A DNA stretch of 64,000 bases from Octopus sinensis (taxonomy: Eukaryota), in NCBI RefSeq assembly GCF_006345805.1, contig NC_043009.1, positions 59,830,001 to 59,894,000 of the forward strand, given 5' to 3'. Shown in pieces: positions 46,322-59,459 of the stretch (positions are counted from its first letter, which is position 1; each line of letters opens with the position of its first letter). Below the pieces are notes generated by a model. That model saw nothing but the letters and a program-made list of their open reading frames with translations, was not told where the DNA came from and did no database searches. The position numbers and the translations under genes were made by a program.

Positions 46322-46807
46322 TTTTAAGTAACATCTTTGTGTAGCGGAAGATTTGCTCAACCGGCCTGTGCAATTTGAAAAATCTATCTCGGTTAATAAA
46401 ACAAGTTATACCTGCTTCTGTATTATCTTTCCAACAACCCCCATGTATAATATATATGTGTGTGTGTATGTTACATGATCTCTACACTCACATTTACCAA
46501 CAGGTATAAGGAAATTTGCCATATAAATTCAGATAAAAGACAATTAATATGGCATAATCATCAGATATTTCAGTCAATAGGTACTTTTGTCACCAGGTGT
46601 ATTAGTCACCACATGCCTTAGTCATCATGTCTATTAGTCATCTGGTGTCTTAATCATAAGCCATGTTAGCCCTGTATGAATATATTAGAAATAATGATTT
46701 CTTATTGAATCTATTATTTTAACTATAATACATGCACAAGGCAGCTGATAATCAATAAGAAACAAACTAAGCAAAACAGTGCAAACGTAAATGTTGTAGG
46801 TATACAC

Positions 46808-47380
46808 ATCATCATCATCATCATCGTCGTTTAACGTCCGCTTTCCATGCTAGCATGGGTTGGACGGTTCAACTGGGGTCTGGGGAGCCCGAAGGCTGCA
46901 CCAGGCCAGTCAGATCTGGCAGTGTTTCTACAGCTGGATGCCCTTCCTAATGCCAACCACTCCGAGAGTGTAGTGGGTGATTTTATGTGCCACCGACACA
47001 GGTGCCAGACGAGGCTGGCAAATGGCCACACTCGGATGGTGTTTTTATGTGCCACCGACACAGGTGCCAGACGAGGCTGGCGAACGGCCACGCTCGGATG
47101 GTGTTTTTATGTGCCACCGACACAGGTGCCAGACGAGGCTGGCAGACGGCCACGCTCGGATGGTGTTTTTATGTGCCACCGACACAGGTGCCAGACGAGG
47201 CTGGCAGACGGCCACGCTCGGATGGTGTTTTTATGTGCCACCGACACAGGTGGCAAACGGCCACGCTCGGACGGTGTTTGCGGTACTGGCTACGGTCCCA
47301 TTCAGATGGCTTTCTTATGTGCCACCGGCACTGGTACCACAAGGATACAAATTCCATTGATGTTCATCTATTTTGATTTA
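46808..47380 (-). mobile_element. RTE 3' UTR/tail with four 62-bp tandem units plus one shortened unit
   Basis: Unit atgtgccaccgacacaggtgccagacgaggctggcagacggccacgctcggatggtgttttt. Confidence 0.85.
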
Positions 47381-47418
47381 GTAAAGGAAAATGAGCATAA
47401 TCACCTATTTTGCTAATA

Positions 47419-47931
47419 CCGTAAATCCTCGAGTATAGTCCGCCCTTGAGTATAATACGCAGGGGATTTTTAGGGGGCTGTACCTCTGAAAAACCCAAAC
47501 CTTGTGTATAATACACACCTGTTCTCTAACTTGAGTCAAGGAGGTCTATATAACGTCCTTGGTTTGTAATAAAGTATACGGTAACATCCTTTATTATTAT
47601 TGTATATATAACATAATGCAAACGTGTAGCTTTTTTGTGCATTTTGTTTGCAGAAAATAAAGAAATAACAGTAATAACGTTTAATAAATGTTGGTTATTG
47701 CAAGTTATGGATGATTCTTTTATGATTTCATTGCTTTCAAGCTTAGCTTAAGGTATTTTCGTGCCCGACATCACAAAATGCGTCTGAATAAACATTGCCG
47801 GACAGCAAATAGAGACTCGGACATTGCTTAGAAAATAATTTTTATTTCTAACCTCGTATATAATACGCACTAGGGATTTTGACCTTTAAATTTTGGGGAA
47901 AAAAATGTGGATTTTACTTGAGGATTTACGG
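47419..47931. mobile_element. pogo/Tigger-like MITE
   Basis: TA-CCGTAAATCCTCGAGTATA ... TACTTGAGGATTTACGG terminal inverted repeats. Confidence 0.75.
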
Positions 47932-47980
47932 TTCATGCCAGATGAAAAGGGGGAAGTTGTTAATTTTTACAAAACCAATA

Positions 47981-49195
47981 TTCTTTTCTACTCTAGGCAC
48001 TAGGCCCAAACTTTTGGGGGTGTGTAGGGGTGCAGTCAATTAGATCGACCCTGGCATGCAACTGGTACTTAATTTATCGACCCTGAAAGGATGAAAGGCA
48101 AAGTCGACCTCGGCAGAATTTGAACTCAGAACGTAAAGACAGATGAAATACTGCTAAGCATTTCGCCCAGATTTTGTAATATATTCTTTTCTACTCTGGG
48201 CACAAGGCCCGAAGTTTTGGGGGAATGGGGACAGTTGATTAGATCGACCCCAGTACACAACTGGTACTTAATTTATCGACCCTGAAAGGATGAAAGGCAA
48301 AGTCGACCTCGGCAGAATTTGAACTCAGAACGTAAAGACAGATGAAATACTGCTAAGCATTTCGCCCAGATTTTGTAATATATTCTTTTCTACTCTGGGC
48401 ACAAGGCCCGAAGTTTTGGGGGAATGGGGACAGTTGATTAGATCGACCCCAGTACACAACTGGTACTTAATTTATCAACCCCGAAAGGATGACAGGCAAA
48501 GTTGACCTCAGCAGAATTTAAACTCAGAATGTAAGGACAAATGAAATACCGCTAAGCATTTCATGCTAACGTTTCTTATTTCTTTATTGCCCACAAGGAG
48601 CTAAACATAGAGGGGACAAACAAGGACAGACAAAGGGATTAAGTCGATTACATCGACTCCAGTGTGTAGCTGGTACTTAATTTATCAACCCCTAAAGGAT
48701 GAAAGGCAAAGTCGACCTCTGCAGAATTTGAACTCAGAACATAGCGACAGACGAAATACCGCTTAGCATTTCACCCAGATTTAGTAATATATTCTTTTCC
48801 ACTCTAGGCACAAGGCCCGAAATTTGGGGGGGGCAATGGGGACAGTTGATTAGATTGACACCAGTACACAACTGGTTCTTAATTTATCAACCCCAAAAGG
48901 ATGAAAAGCAAACTCTATCTCAGTGGAATTTGAACTAAGAGCGTAATGGCAGATGAAATACCTATTTCTTTACTACCCACAAGAGGCTAAACATACAGGG
49001 GACAAACAAGGACAGACAAACGGATTAAGTCGATTACATCGACCTCAGTGCGTAACTGGTACTTAATTTATCGACCCCGAAAGGATGAAAGGCAAAGTCG
49101 ACCTCGGCAGAATTTGAACTCAGAAAGTAATGGCAGACGAAATACCACTAAGCATTTTGCCCGGCGTGCTAACAATTCTGCCAGCTCGCCGCCTT
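47981..49195 (-). repeat. Tandem array of about six second-family SINE modules (~200-bp period)
   Basis: Includes an apparently exact 199-bp duplication (48079-48277 / 48278-48476). Confidence 0.85.
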
Positions 49196-49649
49196 TACAA
49201 ATCCTGTATTGGAATTAAAAAAAAACCAAGCCTGGCTAAAAGAGCATAATATGGATTGTGACAGCTGGCCATAATATGCAATTTAATACATGCAAATAAT
49301 TTATTTATTCAGTTTTTTTGACTGTCTCTGATTGAACATCTGCTGCGTGTCCTGCATAAATTAGGATTTTAGGTGAACAGCTAGGAATTTTGGTTGCAGC
49401 TAGACTGAGATTGATGTCCTCATGGTGAGGGGGTTAAATGGGGAGTAGAACAAGCTAACAACTTACAGGATTTTTGGGGTAAATCTGTGAATTTTTTCTG
49501 GAACAGCTAGATGTATTGGTGAACAGATAATGGCTTTGGAGAGCATGGAGATTGAAGTTGTAGTTAAGAGGAAGGTAGCTGACATGGAAGAGTGGAAGGC
49601 ATCTTAATATTGGGAAAGAGTTACCTGTATTCTAACGATTTGTGCCAGG

Positions 49650-50790
49650 TATCAAAATGCCGATGATCGACTGCTTGGAACTGGCCAGGAGCTAGCATTT
49701 AGTGGGATGGTCAGCAGCCCAGGTCGGTGAAGCAGTCCTCCTCATTAGATGCAGGTGGAGTGTCATGGAATAGTGCACGCAGCCTGATATGGCACACAAA
49801 GCTGTGGATATCAGCACGAGTCTGAAATTCGTTACTAGATGAAGTGAAGAGGGATAAAATGCAGACCCCCTACTGAGGAAGGAGCACTCCACTTCAGAGG
49901 GGGGAAGATCAGGAGGAATGATAACAACAGGCTGAACTGGAGAAGGGGTGGATGTGTCAGATGTGAGATGGGTAGTGAGATAGTTGGAGGCTGGGAGGAG
50001 GATGTGTGTGTGGGGGGTTGGAGTGAGGATGAAGAGGAGCATATCAGGGAGGGAGGGAGTGGTGGAGGAGTTCGGATAGTGGCATCTGGTGTGATTGAAT
50101 GGAGTTTATGTTGTTTAGTGTGAGCGAGTAATTCATGAAAGAGATGATTTAAATGGATTATGTAACATAAAGCAGAGTGTGTATGGGAGGGAGGGTGACT
50201 GAGAGGAGAAGGGGATGGAATAAGCGAGAGGGAGAAGGTGGTCAATGGTGTGTATTTTGAAGAGATTAGAATGAATGGTGGCACACATAAGGCAGGAGGA
50301 AGTAGTACGGAGTATGGGTAGGATGGCTGAAGCATAGTGGAGAGTGGGGTGGAAATGGAGACGGAAAGCTTTGGGGATGAGGTGTTGATGGAGGCAGCGA
50401 CTGAGAAATGAAATGTGGCTAGAGAAGCATGTTTGTTTTTGAAAATTAGAAGGGAAAGATTAATAGAAGAGTGGAAGCAATGGAAAGGGAGGGGGGAAAG
50501 GTGTTCTTTAGGCAGTGGTGAAGGTGGAGAAGGAAAGATTTGTAATTGGGCATGAGTGAAAAAGGAGGAAAAAGGGGGAAAGGCAAAATAATGACATATG
50601 GAGTTTAGAGGCTCAAAAGAAATTCTAAAGGTGCGAGGGGAAAAACTCCAAGAGGTGAGAGGAGAAGAAAAATAGAAAAATGAGAAAAAATACAAGTGGC
50701 AAGAGAAGAAGAAAAATAAAAACAAGGAGAGAAAGAAGGAGAAAGAGGGAAGAAACAGAGAGAAAAGAAAGGAAGAAAGAAGATGAAAAG
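49650..50790 (-). mobile_element. Degenerate 5' part of a Penelope-like retroelement
   Basis: With frameshifts, the minus strand reads SHISFLSRCLHQHLIPKAFRLHFHP ... IIHLNHLFHELLAHTKQHKLHSI ... LSRGLHFIP ... NEFQTRADIHSFVCHIRLRALFH. As I recall, these resemble PLE ORF N-terminal motifs (H..FL..C....LIPKGLR; LSKGL.F.P; F.R.LRL..FF). A pyrimidine-rich leader precedes them. Confidence 0.7.
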
Positions 50791-50792
50791 GT

Positions 50793-51170
50793 GTAGGAGT
50801 GGCTATGTGGTAAGTAGCTTGCTTACCAACCACATAGTTCTGGGTTCAGCCCCACTGTGTGGCACCTTGGGCAAGTGTCTTCTACTATAGCCTTGGAGTG
50901 GCTGTAGTAGAAGACACTTGTGATATGATTTGGTAGATGGAAACTGAAAGAAGCCCGTCATATATATGTATATAAATATGTGTGTGTGTGTGTGTGTGTG
51001 TATGTTTGTGTGTCTGTGTTTGTCTTGCCGCCCCAACATCGCTTGACAACCGATGCTGGTGTGTTTAAATGCCCATAACTTAGCAGTTTGGCAAAAGAGA
51101 CTGATAGAATAAATACTAGGCTTACAAAGAATAAGTCCTGGGGTTGAGTTGCTTGATTAACAGAGTAAGA
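50793..51170 (+). mobile_element. CORE-type SINE (full length)
   Basis: Same family as 2702-3101. Confidence 0.8.
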
Positions 51171-51624
51171 AAAACAACAATAGGAACACACACACACACA
51201 TGTCTATGTGTGTGTGTGTGCATGAGCAAACAAGTACACACCCACACAGTCATATATACAAATGCTTAGGCATCCATATCAAAGAATATAAAACCATTAT
51301 ATCTTTCAATATTCTTGTATAAAGCTTGACCTATTGTTTCTGTTACATTAATTTTCTGTTTGAAGACCACTTCACGCTTTCATGTGAAGAGAGTGCTTTT
51401 TTTGTTTTTGGTTGACTTTTATCTGTGGGACGACAAAACACAAACTCCTATACACAGATTTATGCGGCAAATTGATACTGATGTATATCTTATAAGATTG
51501 ATGACAGATGCTAAGATAAGTGGAGAGCTTTGAAGATTTAGTTCCTGCGGCGCCATTATGGGTCTGCACCATCTCAACTACTTGGAGAAACGTATTCTCT
51601 CAGTAACATTATGTTAAGCTACTA

Positions 51625-52475
51625 CAAGCTGGCAGAAACGTTAGCACGCCGGGTGAAATGCGTAGCCGTATTTCGTCTGCCGTTACGTTCTGAGTTCAAA
51701 TTCCGCCGAGGTCGACTTTACCTTTCATCCTTTCGGGGTCGATAAATTAAGTACCAGTTTCCTACTGGGGGTCGATGTAATCGACTTAAGAAAAAAAAAG
51801 AGACAGTTGCACTGGGAAAACCATGGTTTACATGCTGAGTTGATGACAGCACCACAAAATATTATATAAAAACAAGGCAGTGAGCTGGCAGAATCATTAG
51901 CACACCGGACGAAATGCTCAGTGGTATCTTGTCTGCCGCTACATTCTGAGTTCAAATTCCGCCAAGGTCGACTTTACCTGTCATCCTTTCTGGGTCGATT
52001 AAATAAGTACCAGTTACACACTGGGGTCGATATAATCGACTTAATCCGTGTGTCTGTCCTTGTTTGTCCCCTCTGTGTTTAGCCCCTTGTGGGTAGTAAA
52101 GAAATAGGTATTTCGTCAGTCTTTATGTTCAGAGTTCAAATTCCGCCGAAGTCGACTTTGCCTTTCATCCTTTCTGGGTCGATAAATTAAGTACCAGTTA
52201 CACACTGGGGTCGATACAATTGACTTAATCCATTTGTCTGTCCTTGTTTGTCCTTTCTGTGCTTAGCCCCTTGCGAGTAGTAAAGAAATAGGTATTTCGT
52301 CAGTCTTTATGTTCAGAGTTCAAATTCCACCGAGGTCGACTTTGCCTTTCATCCTTTCTGGGTCAATCAAATAAGTACCAGTTACACACTGGGGTCGATG
52401 TAATCGACTTAATCCGTTTGTCTGTCTTTGTTTATCCTCTATGTGTTTAGCCCCTTGTGGGTAGTAAAGAAATAG
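51625..52475 (+). repeat. Tandem array of four second-family SINE modules (~190-bp period)
   Basis: Repeated gagttcaaattcc.ccgaggtcgactttgcctttcatcctttc...gtagtaaagaaatag. Confidence 0.85.
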
Positions 52476-52692
52476 AAAATATTATATAAATACCTGGAGA
52501 TATTCTACTAGAGTTAAGGATTTGATACTATTTGAAGTGGGCCTCTCAAGTGCATAACTGGTACTTAATTTAGCGACCCCGAAAGGATGAAAGGCAAAGT
52601 TGACCTTGGCAGAATTTGATCTCAGAATGTAACGGCAGACGAAATACCGCTAAGCATTTTGCCCGGTGTGCTAATGCTTCTGCCAGCTCACC

Positions 52693-53372
52693 CTAAACTC
52701 CTGTAACTGTTCTTTGATTTTCAAGGTAATCTATTAGTATCACACCCTCTGAATCCCAGAAAACCGTGGCCATCACTTTTTGAGCTGACTTTTGAGATTT
52801 GAACTTGATGGGTCCTGAAGATCCGTGTGAGAGCCATTGCTTTGACTGTTTTTTGGACTCAGGATCATACTGGTAAATCCAAGTTTCATCTCCGGTGATA
52901 ATTGCTCTTCGTCTGCTTCAATTTTGTTCAATAATGTTAAGGAGAGATCACTTCGAAGATTCTGTTGATCAGGCCTCAATGCTTTTGGGACCCACCGTGC
53001 TGAAAGCTTGCTCAGTCCCAAATTATCATGAAGAATTGAATTTGCCAACCCATAGGAAATGTCTAGGGACATAGCTATCTGATTGACAGTTATTCGCTGA
53101 TCTTCTTCAATTAAATTTCGAGCAGCCTCGATGTTTTCATAATTTTTTGAGGTTGGTCTTCCTGAATGAGGGTCGTCTTCAAAGTCGTCTCTTCCTTCTT
53201 TGAATTGCAGAATCCACTTGTAGACTGTAGTCTTTTTTGGAGCATGAGTTCCATAAACTTTTTCCACAGCCTCAATGATCTGTGTTCCTTTCCATTCGAG
53301 TTTTACCAAAAATTTGATATTCGACCGTATTTCAAAATATCTGTTTTCCATGGTCGAAAAAGTAGAAACCAC
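52693..53372 (-). mobile_element. Frameshifted, truncated mariner transposase (irritans/Hsmar2-like)
   Basis: EIRSNIKFLVKL...VYKWILQFKEGRDDFEDDPHSGRP...KLSARWVPKAL, then after a frameshift IITGDETWIYQYDPESKKQSKQW...KVMATVFWDSEGVILIDYL. Cut off by a SINE at 52548-52692. Confidence 0.9.
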
Positions 53373-53788
53373 TTTTAACTTATTTCATGAGAAACAAGAG
53401 TCTGATTGGCTGAATTGGTCGATCTGGCTTTCAGGAAAAGCATTCCTGGAAGGATCATTAGAATTAACTGTCTGTGATCTCTGGCCTTGGTCACATGTCA
53501 AAGCAAACATTTATCAAGGTATCACATGAGGGGCTTCAGTTGGAAATTCACAAATATATATCCCAAATTACATGATTCAAGTATTTTTTTATGTTTGAGT
53601 GAGTTTCTGAAACACTGTGAAATATATATTCAAGAAAAAATGCTGTCAAATGCAGTTTATGTTGTGTGAAATTAAAAATTTTGTTGATTTGGTGTTTATA
53701 AATAATTGTTCTTATCTGTTTTTGTGTCTTATCTTAATTATTACTTAAAACAAAGTGTCACACATAAACAAACCTTGTGTGTTTGTAT

Positions 53789-53879
<91 letters not shown>

Positions 53880-53923
53880 TTGGGCCTGAAAATAGGAAAG
53901 TTGGTTGTTTGTCTTTTCACCGT

Positions 53924-54037
53924 GATCTAGTGTTTATAGTTGAACCTGTTCAAGATTTAGAGAAGAAATTTCAAGCATGGAAGCAAAGCTTAGAATTGAG
54001 AAGCTTTAAAATAAATTTAGCAAAAACTAAAGTGCTA
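53924..54037 (+). mobile_element. RTE reverse transcriptase fragment (post-YADD region)
   Basis: DLVFIVEPVQDLEKKFQAWKQSLELRSFKINLAKTKVL resembles the DDL.LIAES..EL..K...WK..LE..GL.VN..KTK.M motif. Confidence 0.7.
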
Positions 54038-54271
54038 GCAAGTAGGAAAGAAGAGAAAATCTGGTTTACTATGAAAGAAATGACCTAGTTAACTATTAAG
54101 GCATACCAAAATCAATAAGCTACTGAGAGAACAATGTGGAGAAAATATTGAGGGTACATTATCTATGTTAATAACAAAGGGCATTCTTTCAGAATAAAGA
54201 GCAAAGTGTATTAGAACATTAGAATATTAGAATATTAGAATTTCAGAACATGGGACTAGGAAACTAAGCTG

Positions 54272-54965
54272 GTCCTATGGAGGACATTTGTCCTCAGCTG
54301 TCTGGACCACTGCTCTCAACTGTGGTCACCCAACAGTGTGAAACTAATAATGGAACTTGAGGCTGTTCAGCAGTGCTTCACTAGGAGCATTGCATCAGAC
54401 AGAAATGTTAGGATGACAGGCGAAATGCTTCGCAGTATTTCATCTGCTGCTACATTCTGAGTTCAAATTCCACCGAGGTCGACTTTGCCATTCATCCTTT
54501 CGGGGTCGATTAAATAAGTACCAGTTATGCACTGAGGTTGATGCAATTGACTTAATCCCTTTGTCTGTCCTTGTTTGTCTCCACTATGTTTAGCCCCTTG
54601 TGGGCAATAAAGAAATAAGAACAGCTGAACTACTGGGAAAAACTGCAACACCTATGATACTACTCTCTGGAGCAAAGACAATAGAGATATGTAGAGGTAT
54701 ACATATGGAAGATTCTAGAGGGGTTGGCACCAAACTTTGGCTCTGAGAGTTATGTTGGCTCCCCAAACTGGACGTCACTGCACTGCTCCAAAGGTCCCAC
54801 CCATCCCATCTAGAGTGAGGACAAGGGACTTCAATAGCTTGGGATTCAAAGGCCTGCAACTATTTATTAGTTTGCCAAAAAATCTGAGAGGTCTACATGG
54901 AGTGTGGGTAGATATTTTCAAGAAACAACTTGTCCTTCTGAAGTCCAAAATCCCAGGTGAACTTG
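54272..54965 (+). mobile_element. CR1/L2-clade LINE C-terminal fragment, interrupted by a SINE at 54418-54620
   Basis: LWRTFVLSCLDHCSQLWSP...ELEAVQQCFTRSI, then YWEKLQHL*YYSLEQRQ*RY...WKILEG...NSLGFKGLQLFISLPKNLR...FKKQL. Confidence 0.8.
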
Positions 54966-55039
54966 AGAGGGAGATAATATCAAACTTACTCCTTCACCAA
55001 AAGGATATTTTTATAATACAAATCAAAAATCAAAAATTA

Positions 55040-55380
55040 AAACTAAAATCGAAATCGATCAACATCAATGGAAATTGTAGCTGTGATACCAGTGCCGGTG
55101 GCACGTAAGAGAATCATCCGAATGTGGCCGTTGCCAGCGCCGCCCCGACTGGCCTCCGTGCTGGTGGCACGTAAAAAAGCACCATCCAATTGTGGCCGTT
55201 GCCAGCCTCGTCTGGCACTTGTGCAGGTGGCACATAAAAAGCACCCACTACACTCACAGAGTGTAGAAACACTGTCAGATCAGACTGGGCCTGGCGCAGC
55301 CTTCTGGCTTCCCAGACCCCAGTTGAACCGTCCAAACCATGTTAGCATGGAAAACGGACGTTAAACGATGATGATGATGA
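55040..55380 (+). mobile_element. RTE 3' UTR/tail
   Basis: Family motifs and a (gat)n tail. Confidence 0.75.
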
Positions 55381-55632
55381 AATCACAAGAGAATGGCCAT
55401 TGAAAAGTTAGTAATACTGGTAGTGCCCACCATGGCCACAGCCTTTGGACTGAAATGCATAAAAGAATGTATGTAAATTCTTTGAACTATAAAAAAAAAA
55501 AGAAACTTCTATCTTAGAGTTCGTTGCATTAAGAATACCAGCAATAGCTTAACTATTGTTTCATGAGGATGGCGTCCCTGCATAATTACACTCAGCTATT
55601 TGCTGCAACTAATCTATAAATATAATATAATA

Positions 55633-56143
55633 AATAAATGCGCCCTTTTAAAGCCTAGCCAGGCTCATGGACCCGGTTTCCCGGTTTCTATGGCGTAAGT
55701 GTTCCCAGCTGGACGGGACGCCAGTCCATCACAGCATTACTCATTTTTGCCAGCTGAGTGGACTGGAGCAACGTGAAATGAAGTGTTTTGCTCAAGAACA
55801 CAAAGTGTCGCCCGGTCCAGGAATCGAAACCACAATCTTATGATCATGATGCTGACACCCTAACCACTAAGCCACGCGCCTCCACAAAATAAATGCGCCC
55901 TTTTTAAAACCTAGCCAGGCTCATGGGCCCGGTTTCCCGGTTTCTATGGCGTAAGTGTTCCCCAGCTGGACAGGACGCAAGTCCATCGCAGCGTTACTCA
56001 TTTTTGTCAGCTGAGTGGACTGGAGCAACGTGAAATAAAGTGTTTTGCTCAAGAACGCAACGCGTCGCTTGGTGCAGGAATCGAAACCACAATCTTACGA
56101 TCATGATTCTGACACCCCTAACCACTAAGCCACGCTCCTTCCA
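55633..56143 (-). mobile_element. Head-to-tail dimer of third-family CORE-type tRNA SINEs (third copy 59883-60130)
   Basis: Minus-strand head ggaggcgcgtggcttagtggttagggtgtcag...ggtttcgattcctgg; CORE-like tgtgttcttgagcaaaacacttc; tail gggcgcatttattt. Confidence 0.85.
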
Positions 56144-56363
56144 CAATCTATAAATATGCTGAAAAGAAACAAGAAAAGGAAAAAAGAAAAGGAAAAGAAA
56201 AGCAGGAGCAGAGAACTGCGAATTGTGGTGACAAATAACGGAAGTTACATGGTTTCAGTTCGAACATCCGGTTACGACGCTAATTTCTATATATCTCACG
56301 CAGTTTTATACACGCACCTGCGTCGTCTCTGTGTATACACAAGGATATACATACATACATACT

Positions 56364-56399
<36 letters not shown>

Positions 56400-56761
56400 C
56401 ACACGTCTGTGTGTCGAGACAGAACATACACGCCTGCCTGTATATATATATATATATATTTACATATATATATATATATATAGGTGCGTACATTGACAGA
56501 CCACAAGTGTCACATTGATTTCTTTCGTTATTGAGGTCTGTCACTAATCTTAAATATATATCTTGTTGATTAATTAATTCTTTTTGTGTTTCACAACATC
56601 GAAGACAAAAAAAAAAAACAGAAAAAAAGGAAAAATAAGGAAGTAAAAAAAAAAACCCGTTTTTACTTCGGTCGAATTTTGGGATTTTACAATTTCCAGT
56701 TCTTTAGAGTTAATTGGTAAATATAAAAACACTTAATTTAAGTGGATGTATTGTATTTGCA

Positions 56762-56822
<61 letters not shown>

Positions 56823-56959
56823 CACGTGTGTGTGTGTATGTGTGTTCTATTCTCATTGTTTTTTAATGATTTTTTGTTTTACGATGTTATTGTTCATTTA
56901 ATTTGGGGAAATTGAATTCTCTTGTAATTTTAGTTTATTACTATCAAAAATTACGTAAA

Positions 56960-56963
56960 GTAT

Positions 56964-57008
<45 letters not shown>

Positions 57009-57410
57009 AGTACGTGTGTATTATATATATATGTATATATAAACTGTATATATATATGTATGTATATATAAGCTCTATATATATATGTATGTATGTATGT
57101 ATATATAAACTATGTATGTATATATAAACTGTGTGTATATATAAACTATGTATGTATATATAAGCTCTATATATATGTATGTGTGTATATATAAACACTA
57201 TGTATGTATATATAAGCTGTATGTATATATAAGCTGTGTATGTATGTATGTATGTATATATAAGCTCTATATATGTATGTATATATAAGCTGTGTATGTA
57301 TGTATGTATATATAAGCTGTGTATATATGTATATATAAGCTGTGTATGTATATATAAGCTCTATATATGTATGTATATATAAGCTGTGTATATATGTATG
57401 TATATATAAA
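56960..57410. repeat. Complex TA/TG-rich minisatellite (gtatgtatatataagct/aaact units)
   Basis: Direct reading. Confidence 0.9.
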
Positions 57411-57833
57411 CTGGTATTGTTTTCAACAAGTAGTATAGCACTCAATCATTGAAAGACTAGGGATATTGTTATAACACAAATCACTGCGATGTTTCATCAC
57501 AAAAAGCCTTATGAAATGCAGTTACCCATGGTCTTTATTATATCAATAATAATCGTTTCAGATTTTGGCCCAAGGATAGTAATTTCGTGGAAATCTGTAA
57601 GTTAGTTACATCCATCCCATTGCTTAATTCGTATCTATATTTTATCGACCCGGAAAGGATGAAAGGCGAAGTCGACCTAATATTATATGTAAGGTCCTAA
57701 TATATATGTGACAGTCCTGTCACAACCTGGGACCTTGAAGGCTGCTTTAATGCAAGAAAGTATACTAGACCCTTAATATTTTATATTCAATATTTCATCT
57801 ATTCAATAAGACAATCAATACTTCATTTCATTT

Positions 57834-57901
<68 letters not shown>

Positions 57902-58030
57902 TATACTATATATTCTATATTCTACATTTATATTATAAAGAATATAAATAAAACATAAAAAAAACAGAGTTGGAATTTCTTTGAATAATATATATCCCCC
58001 TATACACAATCATACAAAGCCCTTTATATA

Positions 58031-58080
<50 letters not shown>

Positions 58081-58292
58081 AATAACAAAAAGTAAAATTA
58101 ATTAATTAAGAAGTAATCAATAATTTCACCAAGTAGAATTCGGCATGAAAAAAGGACCATTTCACGGTAAACTTAAGTAATACTTAATAAATAGGGTTCA
58201 GCAAAGATTTGTTTTACCACATACCGAAGTTTAGAAATAGTAGCCAAAAAACCTTAGCTATTCCTTCTACTTTAAAAAGGGACTCCCAGAGA

Positions 58293-58336
<44 letters not shown>

Positions 58337-58429
58337 TTTCTGTATATGCATAGCTTCAATTTGTGTATGACCTATCGAACCTTTATAAATAAACTCCCTT
58401 ATCTTCTGACTGTACCTTTCACGTAACGT

Positions 58430-58616
58430 GTGTTTTGCACGTAGATAGATAGAGATAGGCGGACCCGGTTTCGATTCCTTGTGAGAATCGTTCCACTTGC
58501 GGCGTCGCTCGTGTCATTGGTGAACGCTTTCTACGTCATGATATCGTAAATTTCTAATTTTTTTGTTATTTTCTGAGATACAAAGCAAAACAAATAATCT
58601 GTGGCCTTGTACATAG
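58430..58616 (+). promoter_or_regulatory. Possible promoter and non-coding first exon of a downstream gene
   Basis: Unique CpG-enriched segment (cacgtaacg, ggcggacccgg, gcggcgtcgctcg, acgtca) ending at a donor-like ag|gtaaaa. No coding evidence. Confidence 0.3.
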
Positions 58617-58889
58617 GTAAAACTATTTATTTTCCCCTCCCTCTACATTTTCTTCTTCTTCTTCGTCGTCGTCGTCGTTTTTGTTGTTACACTGCCTGAT
58701 CGAAGGAAAACGACACCTATTTGTTATTTACTGTTGTGTAAATATATATATGGATTCGTTACAAACAGCAATTCCGTTATCTAAGTCATAAGTAAGATTT
58801 GTTTCTCTTTCATCACCTTTACTCTCCTTGGTTCTGCTCTGTGTGTGTGTGTGTATGTATGTATGTGTGTATATATATATATATTATAT

Positions 58890-58929
<40 letters not shown>

Positions 58930-59459
58930 CTTGTTTCAGTCATTGTGACTGAGGCCATGCTGGAGTACCGCCTTTTGTCGAGCAAATCGACCGCAGAGCT
59001 TATTCCTTCTAAGCCTAGTACTTATTCTATCGGTTCAATTTGCCGAACCGCTAAGTTACGGGGACTTAAACAAATCAGTATTGGTTGTCAAGTGATGTTG
59101 GGGGAACAAACACACACACATATATATATATATATACATATATACGACGGGCTTCTTTCAGTTTCCGTCTACCAAATCCACTCACAAGGCTTTGGGCGAC
59201 CCGAGGCTGTAGTAGAAGACACTTGCCCAAGGTGTCACAAAAGAATATATATATTTAGTGTGTGTGTGTATGTATGAGCACCCACTAATTTCTTTCTTTT
59301 TTTTTCTCACATTAAATTCTAATATGGTTGGTATCTAGACCATCTGAAAGATATTTGTAGGGAATTCTGTTAAAAAACATCCATTTTTCCGAAAGTTAAG
59401 CGGGTACAAAGTCGGGTGGCAGGCACACTTAGGTAGGTATACTTCTTTCTCTTGCTCAT

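Noticed and set aside
46505-46570. CTGATGA followed by a stem on the minus strand
   Set aside because: No GAAA or stem III after the stem, so it is not a hammerhead.
49835-50833. 332-aa minus-strand ORF
   Set aside because: Low-complexity pyrimidine-rich leader plus off-frame Penelope remnant. Not a host gene.
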